Below the pieces are notes generated by a model, which had not been told where the DNA came from, made no database searches, and saw only the letters and a program-made list of their open reading frames with translations. From Phenylobacterium sp. (GTDB taxonomy: Bacteria; Pseudomonadota; Alphaproteobacteria; Caulobacterales; Caulobacteraceae): DNA of 64,000 nt. Shown here piece after piece: positions 36,849 through 45,624 of this stretch; within the stretch, counting starts at the first letter, position 1, and the number at the start of each line of letters is the position of its first letter. Both the position numbers and the translations under genes were made by a program. The DNA lies in contig NZ_JAHBYD010000021.1 of the NCBI RefSeq assembly GCF_019636135.1, forward strand, positions 12,166 through 76,165, written 5' to 3'.

Positions 36849-37436
36849 ATGCCCGTCAAACTCCTGGCCCTCTCGGGCAGCACACGCACCGGCTCCCTGA
36901 ACCAGGCCCTGGTCGACCTGGCCGCCGCCGAGGCGCGGGCGCGCGGCGCCGAGGTGACGGCGGTGAACCTGAAGGCGTTCGCCCTGCCGCTCTACGACGG
37001 GGATGTCGAGGCCGGCGCCTTCCCCGAGGCGGCGCGCGAGCTGAAGGCCCTGTTCCGCGCCCACCACGGCTTCCTGATCGCCTCGCCCGAGTACAACGGC
37101 GGCGTCAGCGGCGTGCTGAAGAACGCCATCGACTGGGTCTCGCGGCCGACCGACGGCGAGAACATCGTCGCGCTCAGCGCCTACCGCGGCAAGGTGGCCG
37201 GGCTGATGGGCGCTTCGATCAGCCCCTTCGGCGGCCTGCGCGGCATCACCCAACTGCGCCAGGTCCTGTCGACGATCCAGGTCGTGGTGGCCACCGAGCA
37301 GGTGCTGGTGCCGTTCGCGCAGAACGCCTTCGACGACCGGGGCGCGCTGAAGGAGGCGCTGCCGGCCCAGCTTCTGGGCGGCCTGGTGGCGCGGGTGATC
37401 GACCTGGCCGAGCGGCTGGAGCCGCCTATCGCCTGA
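36849..37436 (+). CDS. NADPH-dependent FMN reductase (ChrR/SsuE-like)
   Basis: LSGSTRTGSLN, SPEYNGG and LKNAIDWVSR motifs. Confidence 0.88.
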   Translation: MPVKLLALSGSTRTGSLNQALVDLAAAEARARGAEVTAVNLKAFALPLYDGDVEAGAFPEAARELKALFRAHHGFLIASPEYNGGVSGVLKNAIDWVSRPTDGENIVALSAYRGKVAGLMGASISPFGGLRGITQLRQVLSTIQVVVATEQVLVPFAQNAFDDRGALKEALPAQLLGGLVARVIDLAERLEPPIA

Positions 37437-39060
37437 GGTTGGGATCGAAGGGCAGCTCGTAGCCGGTCAGGCCCTCGCGCAGCCGCTTCTTGTCGATCTT
37501 GCCCGTCGCGCCCAGCGGGATCTCGTCCACGAACAGCACGTCGTCGGGCATCCACCAGCGCGCGATCTTGCCGTCCAGGAAGTCCAGGAACTCCTGCTTG
37601 CCCGCCTGCTCGCCCGGCTTGAGCTGCACCAGCAGGACCGGCCGCTCGTCCCACTTCGGATGCACCACGCCGATCACCGCGCAGAGCGCCGCCTTCGGGT
37701 GGGCGACGGCGATGTTCTCCACGTCGATCGAGCTGATCCACTCGCCGCCCGACTTGATGACGTCCTTCGCCCGGTCGGTGATCTGCATGTAGCCCTCGGC
37801 GTCGATGGTCGAGACGTCGCCGGTGTCGAAGAAGCCCTCGTCGTCCAGCACCTCGCCGCCCTCGGCGCGGAAGTAGCCGCTGGCGATGGTGGGGCCCTTG
37901 ATCATCAGCCGGCCGAAGGTCCTGCCGTCGTGCGGCAGCCGCCGGCCCGCGTCGTCCACCAGCTTGAGGTCCAGGTTGCAGAGCAGGCGGCCCTGCTTGA
38001 GCTTGTAGGGGAGCTGGTCCTCGAAGCTGCGGCCGGCGATGGCCGGCGAGGGGACCGAGACGGTGGCCAGCGGCGAGGTCTCGGTCATGCCCCAGCCGTG
38101 GATGACGTCGACGCCATAGTCGTCGCGCAGGGTGCGGAAGATCGATTCCGGGCAGGCCGAGCCGCCGACGGTGACGCGCTGGAGCGTGGTCAGCTTGCCC
38201 TTCGTCGCCTTCAGGTGGGCGAGCAGCATCTGCCAGATGGTGGGCACGCCCGCCGAATAGGTGACCCCCTCCGCCTCGATCAGCTCGTGCAGCGAGGCGC
38301 CGTCCAGCTTCTGGCCCGGCAGCACCAGCTTCGCCCCCACCATCGGGGCCGAGTACATCACGCCCCAGGCGTTGGCGTGGTACATCGGCACGATCAGCAG
38401 CACCGTGTCGCGCGCCGACAGGTTCAGGGCGTCGGGCTGCAGCGTCATCATCGCGTGCAGGTAGTTCGAGCGGTGGCCGTACAGCACGCCCTTCGGATTG
38501 CCCGTCGTGCCGGACGTGTAGCAGAGGCCGGCCGCGGCGTTCTCGTCGAACCCGCCCCACGGCGTGTCGGCCGGCCGCCCCGCGATCCACGCCTCGTAGG
38601 CCAGGGCGGGGAAGGGCGTGGGCGGCGCGGCCTCGCTCAGGAACACCACCTGCCGGATCGTCGGGCACTGGGGCAGGATCTCGGCCAGCAGCGGCGCGCA
38701 CGCCGGGTCGGCCAGCAGCACCTCGTCGCCGGCATGGTTGGCGATGTAGACGATCTGCTCGGGGAACAGGCGCGGGTTCAGGGTGTGCAGCACCGCCCCG
38801 ATGCCGATCGCGCCGTACCAGGCCTCCAGGTGGCGGTCGCTGTTCCAGCCCATGGTCGCCACCCGGTCGCCGGGCTTCACGCCGGCTTCGAGCAGGGCGT
38901 GCGACACCTGCTTCGCGCGGCGATGGATGTCGGCGTAGGTGCTGCGCACGACCGGCCCCTCCACCGAGCGGGTGACGATCTCGCGCCCGCCATGCCAGCG
39001 CGCCGCGTGGTCCAGCAGCTTGTCCAGTGTCAGCGACCAGTCCTGCATCAGGGCCTGCAT
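37426..39060 (-). CDS. Medium/long-chain acyl-CoA ligase (AlkK/DmdB-like)
   Basis: CYTSGTTGNPKGVLY, PMYHANAWG, WGMTETSPL, DRAKDVIKSGGEWISS and HPKWDERP motifs. Confidence 0.9.
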   Translation of the reverse strand: MQALMQDWSLTLDKLLDHAARWHGGREIVTRSVEGPVVRSTYADIHRRAKQVSHALLEAGVKPGDRVATMGWNSDRHLEAWYGAIGIGAVLHTLNPRLFPEQIVYIANHAGDEVLLADPACAPLLAEILPQCPTIRQVVFLSEAAPPTPFPALAYEAWIAGRPADTPWGGFDENAAAGLCYTSGTTGNPKGVLYGHRSNYLHAMMTLQPDALNLSARDTVLLIVPMYHANAWGVMYSAPMVGAKLVLPGQKLDGASLHELIEAEGVTYSAGVPTIWQMLLAHLKATKGKLTTLQRVTVGGSACPESIFRTLRDDYGVDVIHGWGMTETSPLATVSVPSPAIAGRSFEDQLPYKLKQGRLLCNLDLKLVDDAGRRLPHDGRTFGRLMIKGPTIASGYFRAEGGEVLDDEGFFDTGDVSTIDAEGYMQITDRAKDVIKSGGEWISSIDVENIAVAHPKAALCAVIGVVHPKWDERPVLLVQLKPGEQAGKQEFLDFLDGKIARWWMPDDVLFVDEIPLGATGKIDKKRLREGLTGYELPFDPNLRR

Positions 39061-39107
39061 TGCCGTCGTGTTCCTCGGCTTCAAGTTCGGGGTGGATCGC
39101 CCATAAT

Positions 39108-39123
39108 GATTAGATTACGAAGT
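39108..39123. promoter_or_regulatory. ACTTAG-N4-CTAAGT operator copy (9/12)
   Basis: GATTAGATTACGAAGT(AT) in the divergent ligase / hydrolase gap. Confidence 0.5.
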
Positions 39124-39179
39124 ATCTGTCGAGGGCGCGGCGACGGCGCCCCGGCGGCCATTCGAGGGAGGGACACCAG

Positions 39180-40316
39180 GTGGTGATCGACGACAGCGAC
39201 CTGCTGCAGGGCCTGGACCGGCAGTTCCTGGGATTCATTTCGCCCACGTCTCCCCGCATCCAGGCCGGCGGCCATCCCTGCCAGGGGATCTACACCACGC
39301 CCAGGGGCCAGCGGCCGAAGACCGCCTTCATCGCCACCCACTACAACGTCGACTTCTCCGAGCACTACATCGCGCCCTACATGGCCGCCCGCGGCTACGG
39401 CTTCCTGGGCTGGAACACCCGCTATCGCGGCGCCGAGGACCAGTTCCTGCTGGAGCACGCGGTGATCGACATCGGCGTCGGCGTCCGCTGGCTGAAGGAG
39501 CAGGCCGGCGTCGAGACGGTGGTGATCCTGGGCAACTCCGGCGGCGGCTCGCTGATGGGCGCCTACCAGGCCGAGGCCATCGCGCCCACCCTGGGCGACC
39601 TCCTGAGCGGGCCGGGGCTCGAGGCGCTGAACACGCTTCCCAGGGCCGACCTCTACGTCTCGTTCAACGCCCACCAGGGGCGGCCCGAGGTGCTGACCGA
39701 CTGGATGGACGCCTCGGTGGTCGACGAGTTCGATCCCGTCGCCACCGACGAGAGCCTGAACCCGTTCAATCCCGACAACGGCCCGCCGTATTCGCCGGAG
39801 TTCATCGCCCGCTACCGCGCCGCCCAGCGGGCGCGGAACCAGCGCATCACCGACTGGGCCAAGGCCGAGCTCGCCCGCCTCAACGCCGCCGGCATCCCCG
39901 ACCGGCTGTTCCCGCTGTTCCGCTGCTGGGGCGACCTGCGGATGATGGACGGCGCGATCGACCCCTCCGAGCGCCGGACGCCGATGTGCTACCGCGGCCA
40001 TCCGGCCGTGGCGAACCGCTCCCCGTCGATCGGCCGCGCCAACAACCTGAAGACCTGGCTGTCGATGTGGAGCCTGGAGACGTCGAAGTGCCAGGGCGCC
40101 GAGCAACTGGCCAAGTTCGACATGCCGTGCCTGGTGGTCCAGGGCCTGGCCGACACCGGCGTCTTCCCCAGCGACGCGCAGAAGATCTTCGACAACGTCG
40201 GCTCGGCCGACAAGGAACTCCACCTCATCAAGGGCGCCCACTACTTCGAGGACAGCCGCGAGGAACGCGAAGCCGCCGCAAGCCTCCTCTGCGACTGGGT
40301 GGCGAAGAAACGCTGA
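39180..40316 (+). CDS. Alpha/beta hydrolase
   Basis: GNSGGG nucleophile elbow, ADTGVF and GAHYF motifs. Confidence 0.8.
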   Translation: MVIDDSDLLQGLDRQFLGFISPTSPRIQAGGHPCQGIYTTPRGQRPKTAFIATHYNVDFSEHYIAPYMAARGYGFLGWNTRYRGAEDQFLLEHAVIDIGVGVRWLKEQAGVETVVILGNSGGGSLMGAYQAEAIAPTLGDLLSGPGLEALNTLPRADLYVSFNAHQGRPEVLTDWMDASVVDEFDPVATDESLNPFNPDNGPPYSPEFIARYRAAQRARNQRITDWAKAELARLNAAGIPDRLFPLFRCWGDLRMMDGAIDPSERRTPMCYRGHPAVANRSPSIGRANNLKTWLSMWSLETSKCQGAEQLAKFDMPCLVVQGLADTGVFPSDAQKIFDNVGSADKELHLIKGAHYFEDSREEREAAASLLCDWVAKKR

Positions 40317-40322
40317 GGCCCG

Positions 40323-41642
40323 TCATTCCGAGCGCCGCGCAGCCTCGACGGTTCGGGCGCGGGCGCGCTGTCGCGTGGCGTAGTAGACGAGGCCGAGCAC
40401 GAGCCAGCCGGCCAGCAGGGCGTAGGGCCGCCAGTCGGCGCCGAAGCCGAGACTGGCGATCGCGACGGCCGCGATCATGCCGAGGACGGACAGCACGCGC
40501 ACCGTCGGGCGGCTGAAGCGCAGGCGGGCCTCGGCGTGCACCTCAGGATGTTTGGTGGCGACGTTGTAGGCCGCCAGACAAGAGCCCAGGTACTTCATCA
40601 TCGTCGGGATGTTCACCGCGAGCAGCAGGAAGAGCAGGCTGGACGGCAGGAAGAGGCCCAGGCAGCAGGCGCCGAACGCGGCGACCGTCGCGACGTGCGG
40701 CGTCCCGAACCGCGGATGGATCGCCGCCAGCGGCGCCGGCAGCACGCCCGCCTTGCCCATCGCGTAGAGGAACCGCGCGAAGACCAGGAAGACCGCGTTC
40801 ATCGACTTCGACAGCGCCAGCACCGCGGCCGTCACGATCAGCGGCGTGGCCCAGCCGCCCAGCGCGGCCTCGGCCGCCGTCAGCAGCGGCGCGTCGCTGG
40901 CCGCCAGCCCGTCGGCGCCCACGAGGCTCATCGCCGTGAACGCGATGGAGACATAGACCACCACGGTCAGCAGCACCGCCAGCGCCAGGCCCAGCGGCAC
41001 GACGCGCTTGGGATCGGCCACCTCCTCGCCCACCTCGGTCGTCGTCTCGATGCCGAGGAAGAGCTGGATCATCAGCGGCAGCGCCGCCAGCGCCGGCGTC
41101 CAGCCCAGCGACAGCGACTGCGGGATCAACTGTGGATTCCAGGAGGGTGCGCCCGCCGCGACGAACACGGCGAACACGGCCAGCAGCATCAGCATCAGGA
41201 TCGTCTGCGCCCGCGCCGCGATGGCGACGCCCAGGAAGTTCAGCGCGAACACCGCGCAGAACATCCCGAACATCACCGGCTTGCCGGGGATGGCGATCAC
41301 CTTGCCCAGGTACATCACCAGCACCTGCCCCAGCACGATCATCACCACCGCGTTCGACAGGATGCGCAGCCAGACGATGGCGAAGGCGATCAGCGGGTGG
41401 GTGAACATCCGCTGCCACTCGAAGCTGGCCGCCGTCTTCGGCATGGCCGAGGCCATGTAGGCGTAGACCATCCCGAACAGGATCATCGGCAGCGCCGCCA
41501 GCACGACGGCCACCAGGATCGCCTCATGGCCGATCTGCGCGGCCGGCCCAAGCACCGAGAAGATCGACGCGCCGATGGCCGTCCCGGCCCCCAGCATCAC
41601 CAGGTCGATGAGGCGGACGCCGCGGCGGAGCTGCTCGGTCAT
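40323..41642 (-). CDS. APC-family amino acid permease
   Basis: GAGTAIGASIF, GIETTTEVGEEVADPKR and HPRFGTP motifs; many TM segments. Confidence 0.88.
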   Translation of the reverse strand: MTEQLRRGVRLIDLVMLGAGTAIGASIFSVLGPAAQIGHEAILVAVVLAALPMILFGMVYAYMASAMPKTAASFEWQRMFTHPLIAFAIVWLRILSNAVVMIVLGQVLVMYLGKVIAIPGKPVMFGMFCAVFALNFLGVAIAARAQTILMLMLLAVFAVFVAAGAPSWNPQLIPQSLSLGWTPALAALPLMIQLFLGIETTTEVGEEVADPKRVVPLGLALAVLLTVVVYVSIAFTAMSLVGADGLAASDAPLLTAAEAALGGWATPLIVTAAVLALSKSMNAVFLVFARFLYAMGKAGVLPAPLAAIHPRFGTPHVATVAAFGACCLGLFLPSSLLFLLLAVNIPTMMKYLGSCLAAYNVATKHPEVHAEARLRFSRPTVRVLSVLGMIAAVAIASLGFGADWRPYALLAGWLVLGLVYYATRQRARARTVEAARRSE

Positions 41643-41690
41643 CGGGTTTCCTCGTGCGGCCGACAGTCTGGCGCTGCCGCATCCCAGGCG

Positions 41691-43376
41691 TCAGAACTTG
41701 CACGCCGAGTCGGGGACGCCTGCCGTGCGCTCCCAGCCCCAGCCCTCCACGGGCGCGCCGCGGGGCAGGTAGGTCACCGTCGTCTGCGCCTCGCCGCGCT
41801 TCAGGGTGAGCGTGATCGACTTCGTGTCGTCCTTGCGCACCTCGTTGACGTCGCTCGTCTGCACGATCACGTCGCCGTTCCGCACGCCCGCCTGGTCGGC
41901 GGCCGAGCCCGCCACGAGATCCTTCACCACCCGGTCGTCGTTCAGCGAACTGCGCGCGAAGCCGAGCTGGAAGGGCCGCACATCCCGTCGCACGACGCTC
42001 AGGCACGGCGCGTAGAGGTCCTTCGGCGGCAGCAGCACCTTGCCGGCGGCCATGTCGTCGTACATCGCCTGGGCCTTCGCCTTCCCTATGTCGGCGCCCA
42101 CCAGCTCCACCCAGACCGGAATGCCGTACGGCTGGTTCGCCACCTGCCGCTTGCGGATCGCCGTGACGATGTCGTCCAGGCTGCGCTTGCCCCCCGTCGC
42201 CGCCCGGATCGCCGCGTCGGTCTGCTGGAGGTACATCCAGCCCCGGCCATAGGGCACCGTCTGTGCGACCGGATCGGTCCAGAAGACCTTGGCCGCCTCC
42301 GGGTTCGTGTAGGCGATGTAGGGGTTCGAGTAGTAGGCGGCGGCGCGCTCGTTGAAGGTCTTCACGACGCGGTCGACCGAGATCGCGCCGGCCCGGTGGC
42401 TCAGCACCGTCGAATAGTACTCGGCCATGCCCTCGGAGTACCAGGCCGTGTCGCCGTGCTCGCCCTGCATCGCGGGCCAGGTGTGCGCCATCTCGTGGGC
42501 CAGCAGGCCCTGCAGGCTGTCCACCGTGGGCTTGGCGTCGAAATTGTAGCCGAACATGAACGAGCGGGCCAAGCCGGTGCCGCCCGTCCCCAGGAACGGG
42601 TTCTGCCGCACGAAGACCCGGTAGCTCCCGCCCTCGTCGTCGAAGAACCTGGCCATGCTGCCGTAGAGCGCGCGCATCTTGTCGCCCAGCTCGTTCGGGT
42701 CGAACGGCGGGTCCGACAGCCAGTAGAAACTGAAGTGCGGATCGCTCGCCTTCGGGTACGACTTCACCGGGCCGGCGTAGTAGTAGCTGAACTGCAGCAG
42801 CTCGGACGGACCCACGGTGTCCACGGCGCCCTCGCCCAGCGACCAGACGCCCCGCGAGCCCGGCGCCGAGGCCGAAAGGTCCCAGGTCAGGTGGATGCTC
42901 CAGGGGCCCGACCTCACGGGCGCGGCCAGGAAACCGTTGCCCGCCCCGGCGAACCCGCCGGCTTCTTCGCGCAGGTCGAACAGCGGGCCGTTGTTGGTGG
43001 CCGCCGTGACCTTCCGCGCCGGCGCGACGTAGGCCACGACCACGTCGCCGACGGTCGCCCGGCCCACGCTCCAGCGGCGATAGACGCCCTGCGGCGTCGG
43101 CGGCTCGTCGGACTGGGTCAGCGGGATCGCGCCCCGGTCGTCCTTCGCGGTCAGCCGGTCGTCGGCCCACGTCGGCCGCGGGATGCCCACGAGGCGTAGC
43201 GGCATGCGCACCAACCCTTCGCCGGCCTTCAGCGCAGGACTGGCCATCGTCATCGTCACGCCCATGCCCTCGCCGGGCTTCGGCGCCAGCACGACGCCCA
43301 GCCTGGCCGGCGCCTGGGCCGCGGCCGGGCCGGCGAACGCGAGGGCCGCCAGCGCCGCGATCAGCAGGCGCCTCAT
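41691..43376 (-). CDS. Exported M61-like zinc metallopeptidase with C-terminal PDZ-like domain
   Basis: Signal peptide, LLAHEMAHTW...WYSEGMAEYY (gluzincin), VPYGRG and GSAADQAGVRNGD motifs. Confidence 0.8.
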   Translation of the reverse strand: MRRLLIAALAALAFAGPAAAQAPARLGVVLAPKPGEGMGVTMTMASPALKAGEGLVRMPLRLVGIPRPTWADDRLTAKDDRGAIPLTQSDEPPTPQGVYRRWSVGRATVGDVVVAYVAPARKVTAATNNGPLFDLREEAGGFAGAGNGFLAAPVRSGPWSIHLTWDLSASAPGSRGVWSLGEGAVDTVGPSELLQFSYYYAGPVKSYPKASDPHFSFYWLSDPPFDPNELGDKMRALYGSMARFFDDEGGSYRVFVRQNPFLGTGGTGLARSFMFGYNFDAKPTVDSLQGLLAHEMAHTWPAMQGEHGDTAWYSEGMAEYYSTVLSHRAGAISVDRVVKTFNERAAAYYSNPYIAYTNPEAAKVFWTDPVAQTVPYGRGWMYLQQTDAAIRAATGGKRSLDDIVTAIRKRQVANQPYGIPVWVELVGADIGKAKAQAMYDDMAAGKVLLPPKDLYAPCLSVVRRDVRPFQLGFARSSLNDDRVVKDLVAGSAADQAGVRNGDVIVQTSDVNEVRKDDTKSITLTLKRGEAQTTVTYLPRGAPVEGWGWERTAGVPDSACKF

Positions 43377-45415
43377 CTATCGGCCGCCGGGCTGGCCGGG
43401 ACCGCGGCGGTCACCGGCGGCGGCGGCGAGAACGGCTTGACGGCCAGGAACGAGTAGATCTCCGCGGGGTAGTAGGCGACGCCGCCCACCATGGTCATGC
43501 GCGTGTTGCGCAGCGCGCTGATGTTCGCCGTCGGATCGCCGTCCACCAGGATGAAGTCGGCCAGCTTGCCGCGCTCGATCGTGCCCAGCTCATGATCGCG
43601 CTTGAAGTAGCGCTCGGCCCCCAGCGTCGAGAGATACAGCGCCCGGCCCGGCGGGATGCCGGCCGCCACGTACACCTCCATCTCGCGCAGGTTCGAGAAG
43701 CCCGTGCCGTCGTCGGTGCCGGGCAGGAGCTGAACGCCGTTGTCGTCCAGCATCTTCAGCACCTCGAGCACCTTCGCGAAGCCCTTCTGATAGTCGGCGT
43801 CGTCCTGCGGCGTCTTGATCGTGACGAAGCTGCGCTTGCGGTAGCGCTGGTAGGCGATCGGCGCGTGATCCAGATACGGCGCATCGCCCGCCTGCACCTG
43901 GCCCGAGCGCGACAGCATCAGGCGCTCCAGGATCATGGCCGTGGTGTCCAGCGCCGTCCCCCGTTCCTTCATCAGCCGCACCGTCGCCTGCACGCGCTCG
44001 GACGTCAGATCCAGGTCCTTGCCCCGCGCCATGCCGGTGAGCCGCAGCGGCGTGCGGGTGTCTTCCTTGGGGTCGAGGATCCAGCCCAGCATAAGCTGGT
44101 TGATGTGGGCGATGTCGTTGTAGCCGTCCCGGATCACCCGGTCGGGCGACGAGAAGGCCGGCACGTGGCCCGTCACGCCCATGCCCAGCCGCCTGGCTTC
44201 GGCGGCCACCGGGGCCACCCAGTCGGGGTTGAAGCTGTTGTAGATCTTGACCTGCCAGTAGCCGTGGTCGGCGTACCAGCGCACGTCCCTCAGCGCGTCC
44301 TCCAGGCTGTCGGCGATGAAGCCGTTCCGGGCCGAGTACGGGCTGCGGCCTTCCAGGAAGCCGTTGCGCACGATCCGCGGCCCCGCCAGCCGGCCGGCGT
44401 TCAGCCCCTCGATGATGCCGAGCAGTTGGGTGTTGTCGTTGCCCTGGTCGCGCGTGGCCGTGACCCCGGCCGCCAGGTTGAACAGGTTCGAGCCCAGCGA
44501 CGTGTGCGAGTGCATGTCGTGCAGCCCGGGCAGCAGCGTGCCGCCCTGCCCATCGATCGTGGTCTCGTCCTTCGGCGTCGGCTGGCCGTCCTCGGGCTGC
44601 ACGCCCGCGATCCGGTCGCCGAACACGATCACCTGCGACGGCCCCGACAGCTTCATCGTCACGGGGTCGAACACCCGCACGTTACGGATGCGGACCGGCC
44701 CCTTGAAGCTGTGCGCGAGCTGGCGGCGCGCGTCCTCCGCCCGGCTCTGCGCGATCTCGCGGCTCACCCGCTGCAGCATCGGCAGTTGGCTCTCGTAGCC
44801 CTCGCGGATCACGCCGCCGGCCTGGAAGAGGTCGCCCCTGGCGTCCAGCAGCACGTAGTCCGGATTGAGGTCGATGCCCGAGAGCTCGTAGACCGTGACC
44901 GGGATCGCGGCCTTGCCCTCGCCGACGGTGAGCTTGCGCACCTCCTTCAGCTTGAGCTGGCCCGACGGCAGCACCGGCAGCGTCTGGCCGGGCGCCTTCA
45001 GCAGCGCCTTCACATAGACGCCCAGCATCCACGGGCTGACGTCGTTGCCGATGTAGAGCACGGGCTTCGCGGCGGAGACCTCGCCCTTGTCGGCCTGGCT
45101 GGCCCACTCGGCCTTGCCGGCGCCCCAGGTGAAGTGCTCGTTCACGGGACTTCCGAACAGGCTTTCGCCCTCGATGGTCCACTTCACCGGCATGCCGGCG
45201 GCGTCGAGGTCGATCTGCTCGCGCGCCTTGGGGCCGCGGCCGTTGTTCACCACCGCGTAGTCGACCGCGACGTGGCGGCCCGTCACCTCGGCGGTCAGGT
45301 GGCCCACCTTCTCGCCGCCCGCCATGGCCACGAACTTCTGCGTCGCGGCCAGCGCGCCACTGCTCACGCTCACGGCCAGGACAGCGCCCAATACGGCGGC
45401 GAACTTCAGCGGCAT
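43373..45415 (-). CDS. Exported amidohydrolase-superfamily protein
   Basis: Signal peptide, LLPGLHDMHSH, GHVP, PGTD and GKLADFILVDGDP motifs. Confidence 0.85.
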   Translation of the reverse strand: MPLKFAAVLGAVLAVSVSSGALAATQKFVAMAGGEKVGHLTAEVTGRHVAVDYAVVNNGRGPKAREQIDLDAAGMPVKWTIEGESLFGSPVNEHFTWGAGKAEWASQADKGEVSAAKPVLYIGNDVSPWMLGVYVKALLKAPGQTLPVLPSGQLKLKEVRKLTVGEGKAAIPVTVYELSGIDLNPDYVLLDARGDLFQAGGVIREGYESQLPMLQRVSREIAQSRAEDARRQLAHSFKGPVRIRNVRVFDPVTMKLSGPSQVIVFGDRIAGVQPEDGQPTPKDETTIDGQGGTLLPGLHDMHSHTSLGSNLFNLAAGVTATRDQGNDNTQLLGIIEGLNAGRLAGPRIVRNGFLEGRSPYSARNGFIADSLEDALRDVRWYADHGYWQVKIYNSFNPDWVAPVAAEARRLGMGVTGHVPAFSSPDRVIRDGYNDIAHINQLMLGWILDPKEDTRTPLRLTGMARGKDLDLTSERVQATVRLMKERGTALDTTAMILERLMLSRSGQVQAGDAPYLDHAPIAYQRYRKRSFVTIKTPQDDADYQKGFAKVLEVLKMLDDNGVQLLPGTDDGTGFSNLREMEVYVAAGIPPGRALYLSTLGAERYFKRDHELGTIERGKLADFILVDGDPTANISALRNTRMTMVGGVAYYPAEIYSFLAVKPFSPPPPVTAAVPASPAADR

Positions 45416-45624
45416 GCAGGCCTCCCCACGACGGCTTAATCGTACCTTCGAGGCCGGGATTTTCTATTCGATCTGCGGCCCGCGCCCCCACCGTGCGACA
45501 AGTTCAATGCGCAGCCGCCAGCGGCGCCACATAGCCTATGCCGCCGCATTTCGCCCGCCGCGGCACAACGCAAGGAAATTCCGCCCGCCCCACGCTAGCC
45601 TTCCTCCGACATCGGGGAGGCCTC

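Noticed and set aside
31038-39060. Methionine-salvage or DMSP interpretation (MtnK-like kinase, enolase, MetE-like, DmdB-like)
   Set aside because: MtnA/B/D and the RuBisCO-like enolase are absent, and the family resemblances are too broad to support it.
40321-40345. CGTCATTCCG start of another CGTC repeat
   Set aside because: It overlaps the APC stop codon and has no partner arm.
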